A DNA stretch of 64,000 nucleotides from an uncultured bacterium (GTDB lineage Bacteria > CSSED10-310 > CAZUFC01): positions 8,963 to 72,962 of the forward strand of contig CAZUFC010000015.1 of the NCBI GenBank assembly GCA_964619725.1. Reading direction: 5' to 3'. The notes beneath the pieces were generated by a model. The model was given only the letters and a program-made list of their open reading frames with translations. It had not been told where the DNA came from and made no database searches. Positions 1-7,693 of the stretch are shown in pieces (the first letter of the stretch is position 1; each line of letters begins with the position of its first letter). The position numbers were made by a program, and so were the translations under genes.

Positions 1-121
1 GGTTAAAACACAATAGTCCCGGGTCTCTTAATACTTCCAGCGAAGCTCCATGTATCTGCTTTATCTGCTCCTCTGTCATTCTTTCCAGAGGACTGTCCAC
101 TAATAGACCTTCTCTCGGCAC
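1..121 (-). CDS. N-terminus of a second trimethylamine-methyltransferase (MttB) family protein, running off the left edge (not in the ORF track)
   Basis: AAGGAGGAG RBS, then GTG at 121. The open frame reads MPREGLLVDSPLERMTEEQIKQIHGASLEVLRDPGLLCFN, matching the MttB-family N-terminal 'L...QI..IH.ASL.VL...G' pattern also seen in 3393-4892 (LMKLHEATMEVFAEVG). Confidence 0.7.
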   Translation of the reverse strand, partial: MPREGLLVDSPLERMTEEQIKQIHGASLEVLRDPGLLCFN

Positions 122-147
122 AATACTCCTCCTTTAATTGCTTCTTC

Positions 148-1071
148 TTATTCTTCTTGCGTTTTGGATATCAGATTCTTACTTATCAAAAATTCTGCTG
201 CAACGTCAGACGGTCTTTCATCCTGTTCATCCACCCTGTAGTTCATCTCCGCCATTTCTTTATCGGAAATCGTATTTGCCGCCTCTTCCAGTAAATTTTT
301 GAGTTCAGGATATTTTTTTAAAATTTTTGAATGCACCACGGGAGCGGCTTCATAAGGGGGGAAGAATTCTTTATCGTCTTCAAGCATAGTTAAATTAAAC
401 GCGGGAATGCGTCCGTCCGTCGCAAATCCGCAAATAACGTCCACGTCGCCCTTTGCTATCGCCCTATACATTAAACCCGAATCCATTTCCAAAGGCTCTT
501 TTTCAAATTCAAATCCATAATGTTTCGTCAATCCGCGATATCCGTCCGGACGTTCGAGAAATTCATGGTTGAAACCCGCGGTTAAAGCATCCTTGTGTTC
601 TTCCAGGTCAGTTATGGTTTCTATTCCCAACTCTTCCGCCTGCTGTTTCCTCATCGTCAGGGTATAAGTATTGTTGAATCCCAACGGTTTCAACCACTGC
701 ATATTCCATTTTTCTCTGAACTGTTTTTCAACGATGTCGAACACCTTCTGAGGATCGCTCATGGCTTCCTGGTTCAAAATAGCCGTCAGTCCTGTACCGG
801 TGTATTCCACGTAAAGGTCCAGTTCTTTATTTTTCAGTGCGTTGAAACAGACGAAGGTGCCGCCGAGATTGAATTTTTCCTCAATTGGAATGTTGAGCCG
901 CTCGTTGATCAATTGCGACATAATTTCGCCGAGAATGATCTGTTCGGTGAAATTTTTGGATCCGATGCGAATGACCGCGGGGGCTTTGACCAGTTTGTCG
1001 GCGAATGAGAAGATCAACAGAATGATTATGACTGTCAGGAATACTCCTATAGTTTTCGTTTTATTCGTCAT
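148..1071 (-). CDS. Glycine betaine/choline/carnitine ABC transporter substrate-binding protein (OpuBC/OsmX family)
   Basis: IGSKNFTEQ, DLYVEYTGT, LGFNNTY, ERPDGY, ATDGRI and FFPPY motifs; N-terminal membrane anchor. Confidence 0.92.
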   Translation of the reverse strand: MTNKTKTIGVFLTVIIILLIFSFADKLVKAPAVIRIGSKNFTEQIILGEIMSQLINERLNIPIEEKFNLGGTFVCFNALKNKELDLYVEYTGTGLTAILNQEAMSDPQKVFDIVEKQFREKWNMQWLKPLGFNNTYTLTMRKQQAEELGIETITDLEEHKDALTAGFNHEFLERPDGYRGLTKHYGFEFEKEPLEMDSGLMYRAIAKGDVDVICGFATDGRIPAFNLTMLEDDKEFFPPYEAAPVVHSKILKKYPELKNLLEEAANTISDKEMAEMNYRVDEQDERPSDVAAEFLISKNLISKTQEE

Positions 1072-1080
1072 GATAAAAAA

Positions 1081-1731
1081 TCACTTCCTTTTGTTTTTCA
1101 ATCCCGGTGTCAGGAAATTTTCGAGTCTGCCGAACAGGAAATCCAGCAAAAGAGCCAGTATGGCTGCAGGAACGGCTCCTGCGAGTATCATGGAATTATT
1201 GACCATGGAGATGCCTCTGAAGATGAACTGTCCCAGGCCGCCGGCGCCTATGGCTGCACATAGAGTGGCGATTCCGACGCAAATAACGGTTGAGATGCGT
1301 ATGCCTGACATGATCATGGGCAGAGCGAGCGGCAGCTCAATAATAAAAAGAATCTGGGCGTCTTTCATCCCCATGCCCCGTCCAGCTTCCTTGAGGGCCG
1401 CATCGACCTGATCGATGCCCGTATACGTGTTCCTGATAATGGCCAGGAGGGAATACAGAAACAGAGCGGTAACGGCGGGGACGGTGCCTATGCCTCCGAT
1501 TATGGGAATGGGCAGGAGGAATCCCAGGAGCGCCAGACTCGGTATGGTCTGAATGACTCCGGCAATCCCCAGTACGTATTTCGCCATCCATCTGATCCTC
1601 GTCAATACAATCCCGACGGGTATGCCGCATAATATGGCGAGCAGAACGGATATTCCCGACAACCGGAGATGCTCCAAGGTCAGCCGGAGAATTTCATATT
1701 TTCTTTCCAGGACAAAAGAGAAAAAGTTCAT
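1081..1731 (-). CDS. Quaternary-amine ABC transporter permease (OpuBB/ProW-like)
   Basis: IQTIPSLALLG, EAA loop (EAGRGMGM), IELPLALP, GAGGLG. Confidence 0.92.
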   Translation of the reverse strand: MNFFSFVLERKYEILRLTLEHLRLSGISVLLAILCGIPVGIVLTRIRWMAKYVLGIAGVIQTIPSLALLGFLLPIPIIGGIGTVPAVTALFLYSLLAIIRNTYTGIDQVDAALKEAGRGMGMKDAQILFIIELPLALPMIMSGIRISTVICVGIATLCAAIGAGGLGQFIFRGISMVNNSMILAGAVPAAILALLLDFLFGRLENFLTPGLKNKRK

Positions 1732-2510
1732 CTGGAACCGCCGTTTCCTGATTGAGTCTTCATGTAGGTTCGCAGGGCATCCCGGTGTCTTCCGACGAAA
1801 CGGTCCACAAATTCCGTTTGGGGATTCTTGAGGAGTTCTTCCGGTTTATCTATCTGTTCAATTTTTCCGTCTTTCATGACTGCAATCATGTCGCCCATCT
1901 TGACGGCTTCAAAAATGTCATGAGTCACCAGAACTATGGTTTTGCTGATCGATTCCTGTAATTTCAGGAACTCATCCTGAAGGTCTTCTCTCGTAACCGG
2001 ATCGAGAGCGCCGAAAGGTTCATCCATCAACAGAATCTCCTGGTACGCCGCTAAAGCCCGGGCTACTCCCACTCTCTGTTTCTGGCCGCCCGACAGCTCT
2101 TCCGGGAACCTGTCCTTGTATTCGGCCGGTTCCAATCCCACAGTATCCAGAACTTCATCGACGCGCCTGTCCATCCTCTCCTCTTTCCATCCCTTCAGTT
2201 TCGGCACCATCATTACATTTTCGCCGACGGTCAAATGCGGCAACAGGCCGACATCCTGGATGACGTATCCGATAGTCCTTCGTAAAGCTATAGGGTCCCA
2301 TTGTCTGACGTTTATGCCGTCAATGACGATGTCGCCGGAATCAGCTTCGACCAGCCTGTTGATCATCTTCAAAGTCGTGGTTTTTCCGCATCCGGATAAC
2401 CCGACAAGAATCAGTATTTCACCCTTGAAAACTTTGAAAGATACTTCATCTGCAGCTAAGACGTTTCCGGGAAACGTTTTGCTTGCTTTGTCAACGACTA
2501 TCATCGCCAT
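1728..2510 (-). CDS. Quaternary-amine ABC transporter ATP-binding subunit (OpuBA/OsmV-like, no CBS domains)
   Basis: Walker A GLSGCGKTT followed by LKMINRL, signature LSGGQKQR, Walker B LLMDEPFGALDP; 4-bp overlap with the permease gene. Confidence 0.93.
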   Translation of the reverse strand: MAMIVVDKASKTFPGNVLAADEVSFKVFKGEILILVGLSGCGKTTTLKMINRLVEADSGDIVIDGINVRQWDPIALRRTIGYVIQDVGLLPHLTVGENVMMVPKLKGWKEERMDRRVDEVLDTVGLEPAEYKDRFPEELSGGQKQRVGVARALAAYQEILLMDEPFGALDPVTREDLQDEFLKLQESISKTIVLVTHDIFEAVKMGDMIAVMKDGKIEQIDKPEELLKNPQTEFVDRFVGRHRDALRTYMKTQSGNGGSR

Positions 2511-2574
2511 CTTTTCGCATCTCTTCCTGGTTCAGAAATCCGCCTGTCCCGCAATGCCTCTCAAGACTAATCGA

Positions 2575-3387
2575 TCAATCCTCGAACTCGCCTTTCCTCA
2601 TCGCCCGGGAAAACTTCCTGCAGAATCTGTCCCTTCCCGCAATGACTTCTCCCAACAGGACCGCCTGCCGGATGGGTTTTCTGGTCGGGTCGCAGATAAC
2701 TGCGTTCAGACCGTGAGTGATGGCCGCGATTAAATAGGCCTGGTTTATCCTTAAACGTATCGGCAATCCATGGGAAATATTGGACAATCCCATTATCGTG
2801 TTCGTTCCGGGAAATTTCCGGTTCAACATGCGTATCGTATCCAGCGTCGTCATTCCGTTCTTTACGTCAGTCGAAACTGGAATAAGCAACGGATCAAAAA
2901 ATATGTCGTCGGCAGGAATGCCCTCATTCCGGGCCGCTTCATATATCGCCGTGCATATCTCAACCCTGCGGTCCGCCGTTTCAGGAATGCCTTCCGCATC
3001 CATCGCCATGCCGATGAAAGGAGCCTTATATTCAGCGGCTAAAGGCAGCAGTTCCCTCATGGTCTTCTCTTCGCCTTTTATTGAATTTAAAAGCCAGGAC
3101 CGGCTGTCCAACAATTTCTCGGCCGCCGTCCGAATGACATCCGGGTCCGCAGAATCTATCGCAAAACGCTTCTCCGTCTTCTCCATCGCCAGATCGATCA
3201 TCCATTTCATGCTCTCCTTCTCACGCTCGCGTCCCCCAATGCCCGTACCCACGTTCAAATCGATGTAATCGGCTCCGGCCTTGTCCTGACGCTCTATCTC
3301 ACGACCAATAAGCTCCTCATTCCGTTCGCCTACAGCCTTCTTGATCGATTTCCTCGTTGCGTTTACTCGCTCGCCTACTATAATCAT
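2575..3387 (-). CDS. Pterin-binding methyltetrahydrofolate:corrinoid methyltransferase (AcsE/MtgA-like, DHPS-fold)
   Basis: MIIVGERVN, GADYIDLNVG, IDS, LNSI, IFFDPL and GLSNISHGLP motifs. Confidence 0.88.
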   Translation of the reverse strand: MIIVGERVNATRKSIKKAVGERNEELIGREIERQDKAGADYIDLNVGTGIGGREREKESMKWMIDLAMEKTEKRFAIDSADPDVIRTAAEKLLDSRSWLLNSIKGEEKTMRELLPLAAEYKAPFIGMAMDAEGIPETADRRVEICTAIYEAARNEGIPADDIFFDPLLIPVSTDVKNGMTTLDTIRMLNRKFPGTNTIMGLSNISHGLPIRLRINQAYLIAAITHGLNAVICDPTRKPIRQAVLLGEVIAGRDRFCRKFSRAMRKGEFED

Positions 3388-3392
3388 GATCG

Positions 3393-4892
3393 TTATACCC
3401 TTGAATAACTTTCCGCATCAATGGCTGAAAAGTCTTCCATAATTTCCTCTATATCAGAATCAGACAGATAACTTTCAACCGGATCATTGAGTATCTCTCT
3501 CACCTTGTCGTGAGCCTTCTCTGCAGTCGTCAATTCGCCGCTGTCTTCCCACTCTTCACGGTGGTCCCTGTCGCTCAGCTCAGGCTGATAATGCTCACCA
3601 TGCATATGCCTGCGCGTGTGACGACTCGCCACAAAATGTCCGCCAGGTCCTACCTTTCTGATAACATCCACCGCCAGCGTCTCCTCGTTCACTTCAATCC
3701 CGTTCGCCGCTCGTAAAGCCATTCCCAGTATCTCATTATCGATCACCAGCTTCTCCTTGCTCACCGTCATCGCAAATTCCATCAATCCGGCAGCATCATG
3801 AATAAAATCGCCGCCGGCCAGGGCCACCAGAAGATTGTTTATCGCCGATTCATAGCCGCATTGCGCATCCAGCGTCTTTGAATCGCTTATCCCGGCCGTA
3901 CCGTAATAAGGTATTTCATAAAACCTGGCCAACTGCGCTGATGCAGCGTTCAACAGGCCGCTCTCTACCGGAGCCCCCAGGTACTTCATGTCACGGAAAT
4001 CCGCCGACGTTGCCACGCATCCGTATATCACCGGAGCCCCCGGATTGACTAATTGCGACAGCATTACATTGATCAATGAATCGCAATTCTGTATCAGAAG
4101 GTTGCCGGCCAGAGTCACTGGCGACGTCGTTCCGCATAAAGGCTCAACCGGTACCGCCACTGGTATTCCCTGTTCCGCTACCTGCATTAAATAATGTCCA
4201 TACTTGTCGTCCAACTTTAAAGGACTTATACCGCACGTTATTATCGATATTATCGGCCGCTCCCGCAGCGCCTCAGGCGATCCCATCACCTTCTCCGCCA
4301 TCCTGATTACATTGCGGATTCCCTCCGATGTGTAAACGCCGCCCATTACATGCTTCGACGTATACATCAAACCCGTGAAAAATCGGTTCTCATCCACTCG
4401 CTCCACCGGCAATTCATTCGGATACGTCGGCAAAAGCAATATATGGATGTTGTCAAGCCTGTCCACTATCCTCGCAATGTCTATCAGATCGCTCAATTCT
4501 GCTCTTGTACTCGTCTGGTTCTCATAATCATATATGTTCAACGCCGTGCCGCCCGTGCCGAAATACACGTTATCGCCTCCCAGCGCCGCATTGTGTCGGT
4601 CCTCACGCCCGTACAAAGTTATTTGAGGAGGTACTGTCGATAATATCTCCTGTATTCGAGACTCCTTCAACTTTATTATTCTATTGTCCGAATCATATTC
4701 ATAAGCTATGTCCTTGAATAATTCGAAAGCCCTTTCATTATGAACCTCGAATCCGACTTCCGCAAATACCTCCATCGTCGCTTCGTGCAACTTCATTAAA
4801 TCCAATGAATTCAACGGCTTATACCCTCGCTCAGCCGCTACTGAGCGGATCGTCGATAATACTTCTCGCTCTAACAGTTCTCTGTTCGTCAC
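3393..4892 (-). CDS. Non-pyrrolysine MttB-superfamily (quaternary amine):corrinoid methyltransferase
   Basis: SPLKLD, TSPVTLAG, PGAPVIYG, SDSKTLDAQCGYES, VGPGGHF. No in-frame amber codon; Ile occupies the position before SDSK where MttB has Pyl. Confidence 0.9.
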   Translation of the reverse strand: MTNRELLEREVLSTIRSVAAERGYKPLNSLDLMKLHEATMEVFAEVGFEVHNERAFELFKDIAYEYDSDNRIIKLKESRIQEILSTVPPQITLYGREDRHNAALGGDNVYFGTGGTALNIYDYENQTSTRAELSDLIDIARIVDRLDNIHILLLPTYPNELPVERVDENRFFTGLMYTSKHVMGGVYTSEGIRNVIRMAEKVMGSPEALRERPIISIITCGISPLKLDDKYGHYLMQVAEQGIPVAVPVEPLCGTTSPVTLAGNLLIQNCDSLINVMLSQLVNPGAPVIYGCVATSADFRDMKYLGAPVESGLLNAASAQLARFYEIPYYGTAGISDSKTLDAQCGYESAINNLLVALAGGDFIHDAAGLMEFAMTVSKEKLVIDNEILGMALRAANGIEVNEETLAVDVIRKVGPGGHFVASRHTRRHMHGEHYQPELSDRDHREEWEDSGELTTAEKAHDKVREILNDPVESYLSDSDIEEIMEDFSAIDAESYSRV

Positions 4893-4969
4893 TTCAGCCT
4901 CCTTAGTTTTTAATATTCAACAAAATGGATTTTGTTATTTTCTGATCCAGTCGGTATACAGCATCCGGA

Positions 4970-5461
4970 TCATTCGCGTAGCCAGCTCGCAGGGTCCGGC
5001 TCCAACGGTCGATCCGCTATATCTCCGACTTCCATTAAATCTACAAGCTTCTGCACCACCCACAGTATCTTCGCTATCTCAGCTTCTTCCATGTCGGCCA
5101 ATCCCCGTATCAGCTTCTCCTCTATCAAATCCGGCAACTTCCGACTCGTCTGCTCTCCCTTCTCCGTCAGCTCTATTACTACCACCCTCCGGTCCTTCGG
5201 GTCCCTCACCCTCTTCACCAGCGATTTCGCCTCCAAACGGTCGACTATTCCTGTGATATTCGAAGGACTCACAAATAATAACCGACTCATACAGCTCGAA
5301 GACATCGGACCGCGGCGCATGATGAGTCTTAATACCGAGGTTTGAGGTCCCGTTAATCCGAATCGCTTCACCATTCGCTTCGAATCCAGGTAAATCGATC
5401 TCACTATCTGACGGATCGAACTGACTACCTCGCTGATACATTCCGATTGCTTCTCGTTCAC
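4970..5461 (-). CDS. MarR-family transcriptional regulator heading the methyltransferase/ABC operon
   Basis: GLTGPQ..L, SNITGIVDRLEAKSLVKR..DPKDRR...ELTEKG winged helix. Start placed at GTG 5461 behind AAGGAG rather than at 5566. Confidence 0.9.
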   Translation of the reverse strand: MNEKQSECISEVVSSIRQIVRSIYLDSKRMVKRFGLTGPQTSVLRLIMRRGPMSSSCMSRLLFVSPSNITGIVDRLEAKSLVKRVRDPKDRRVVVIELTEKGEQTSRKLPDLIEEKLIRGLADMEEAEIAKILWVVQKLVDLMEVGDIADRPLEPDPASWLRE

Positions 5462-5494
5462 CTTGCAGACTCCTTCGGCGATTAGCCCGTCCAG

Positions 5495-5547
5495 AACATA
5501 GCATATTAAAGTTTCAACAGTCAAGCGTTTAATTATTTCAACTTTAA
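5495..5547 (-). promoter_or_regulatory. Candidate sigma70 promoter and MarR operator region
   Basis: Minus strand reads TTGACT-N18-TATGTT with an extended -10 TG. It overlaps an inverted repeat TTAAAGTT (5506-5513)/AACTTTAA (5540-5547) and two GTTGAAA direct repeats. Confidence 0.35.
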
Positions 5548-5965
5548 ATATCTGTGTCTTAACCATTTTTTCCCGCTCTCCTCAATCCCAATTGCCCTTC
5601 CGGATCGCCGCTGGTACCCGAAAAGTATTAAAGAATAAACGTCCGCGCTGATTTGACCTTTGAAATGGCATTTTTTTCCTATTCATACAACAGCCGGAAC
5701 CCTCCAATTGCAATTTACTTGCCAGAACAATTAAAAATATTTATTTCCCAGCGATAATTACAGATAAGCCCTTATTTTGATTGTTCTTTTTCGCATCTGT
5801 TTTTTATATGAAAATAATATAATATAATTCGTGAGAGGTTAAAAAAATAAGGAAACATTCGAAATATTTCTAATTAAAGTTGAGAAATTTCGAATTTCAG
5901 CGTTCATTCCGCCCTGCATTTTTCATTTTAATGAATGATCAAAAGCAAGGCAGGGAGAAGAGAAT

Positions 5966-7429
5966 TCATTCCGAGCAGGGAGAATGCTGGTCGTCGAATC
6001 TGAAAACCATGAAGTCGGAATTATCGAATACAGGTTCAAAAGAGTTATTGCAATCCCGAATGAAGTACTGAAGATAATCGACATCTTCCAGAAAAAAATC
6101 GCTCAGAACGACATAATCCGCATCGATACTCCTCATGTAGCGAATGAGTTCAAGATAGGGGTGCGCCGGATGGTAAACCGAGGCTTTTCTATCTGTGAAG
6201 AACGCGAGGACGCGTGGTTTTCTGAAAATAAAAACGTCCTCCTTTTCGGTATGCTCTCTGATGAAATCGAAAAGTTCAACGGTATGCGTGACTGCGATTC
6301 CTTCCTGTATAGGACCGAAATTAATGGTGGTGTATTTGGCGAAAAGGGAAGCGAAGAAGCATAGAATAATCGTCCAGCCTGTAAGTTTAAGCAGATGTTT
6401 TCTTTTCACGAAAAAACGATGGAGAGCGATAAAGGCATAGAAAAGAAAAAGGATATAAAGGGGGAACAGGTAACGTTTCACGGAAAAGGGCCAGACGAAT
6501 ATGACGGCGAGATAGACCATGACGAAGAATTCAAGTACGGAGCAGTTTTTCCTGATTTTTGTGATGAATCCGGCGCATGCGAGAGCTGCTGAGACCAGGA
6601 AGAGTAGAAAGTGCAGAAGCGAGTCGTATCCGTTATCCCAGAGGAGCGACAGATCGATGATATAGTCCCAGACATTGTTGCAGAGCAGGCTGATGTCTGA
6701 GGTAAGATTCCGCAAGTAATCGGTTTGACCGCCCAGGACCAATTGCTGACAGAGTATCAGAGCGAACCCCACTGACAGGGCTATGAGGTTGAAAGGGGTG
6801 AGTTTTTTATTTTTAATAAGGCGACAGGCGATCATGGATGGAAGAATGACGATGCCGATTGTCCGTGTTCCGTAGGCCAGCCAGGCGAGAAGACCGGTAA
6901 AGACGGCATGGAAGCGGTGCGGGAGGGGAAAGCCGGCTGTTTTGGGTTCCTTCATGACGGCAAAAAGCGCTGCAAATGCGAAAAAAAGGAAAGGAAAGTC
7001 CGACAAAATGAGGTCTTTGTGAGTCCAGAACAGGGGATGAAGGCCGATAAGGAGGAGCAGCAGCAGAGAATAAATGTAAGGCAAGGTTTCCGAGAATACG
7101 AAATAGATTATCAGTAGAGCCAGAATGAATGTCGTTATAACCTGACATTTCATAAGAAGCATATTAAGTCCGAAAAACTTAATGATCGGGGCGAGTATGC
7201 AGGGAAACACGGGCGGATAAGAAACCGGTCCCAGTTTGGGATAATTCGGATTAAAAATGTATCCGGTTTCTCCGTAAGGCCGGCCTTCGATTATGTTTAC
7301 GGCATGCGCCAGATAACCGCTGAAATCGCCTCCCCAGTATTGCCCTTGCCTGATCGTGAGGATATAGAAAAAAGCGATGGAGATGAGAACAGCGATCAAT
7401 CCGATTGATTTTCGAGTTTTTTCTTTCAT
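5966..7429 (-). CDS. GT-C fold (ArnT/PMT-like) polytopic membrane glycosyltransferase
   Basis: After TM1: GD..GYLAHA..I..G.PY and YPPVFP; also ILSD.PF and R..G motifs, about 11-13 TM segments and a soluble C-terminal domain. Start placed at ATG 7429 (MKEKTRK). Confidence 0.7.
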   Translation of the reverse strand: MKEKTRKSIGLIAVLISIAFFYILTIRQGQYWGGDFSGYLAHAVNIIEGRPYGETGYIFNPNYPKLGPVSYPPVFPCILAPIIKFFGLNMLLMKCQVITTFILALLIIYFVFSETLPYIYSLLLLLLIGLHPLFWTHKDLILSDFPFLFFAFAALFAVMKEPKTAGFPLPHRFHAVFTGLLAWLAYGTRTIGIVILPSMIACRLIKNKKLTPFNLIALSVGFALILCQQLVLGGQTDYLRNLTSDISLLCNNVWDYIIDLSLLWDNGYDSLLHFLLFLVSAALACAGFITKIRKNCSVLEFFVMVYLAVIFVWPFSVKRYLFPLYILFLFYAFIALHRFFVKRKHLLKLTGWTIILCFFASLFAKYTTINFGPIQEGIAVTHTVELFDFIREHTEKEDVFIFRKPRVLAFFTDRKASVYHPAHPYLELIRYMRSIDADYVVLSDFFLEDVDYLQYFIRDCNNSFEPVFDNSDFMVFRFDDQHSPCSE

Positions 7430-7507
7430 GATTCGAGAGCTGTCGGCAAGAGTTAACGGAAAATCTGTCTGCATTATAATTGAATCAGACAGAAATGGCC
7501 GGCTCTT

Positions 7508-7656
7508 TTTCAAAAAATTGTTTGTATGAGAAAGCCGGGTTGGAACTTTATTTTCTAATTGTAATTCGCTCAATTCAATTCTTTGATTTCTCTGATTTTT
7601 CATGTATAATGATAGACGTCTCATCAGAGAAAACCGGCTTTCAACAACTTTTGAAA
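7508..7656. repeat. About 150-bp AT-rich segment bounded by imperfect inverted repeats (MITE/IS-remnant-like), abutting the broken 5' end of the next gene
   Basis: Left arm TTTCAAAAAATTGTT...GAAAGCCGGGTT (7508-7541); reverse complement of the right arm (7631-7656) is TTTCAAAAGTTGTTGAAAGCCGGTTT. Confidence 0.4.
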
Positions 7657-7693
7657 TACCGGGGTCATTTATTCGGCGAATTCCCTGACCAGG

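Noticed and set aside
3393-4892. Pyrrolysine-containing trimethylamine methyltransferase
   Set aside because: No in-frame TAG, Ile at the Pyl-equivalent site, and no pyl genes in the window.
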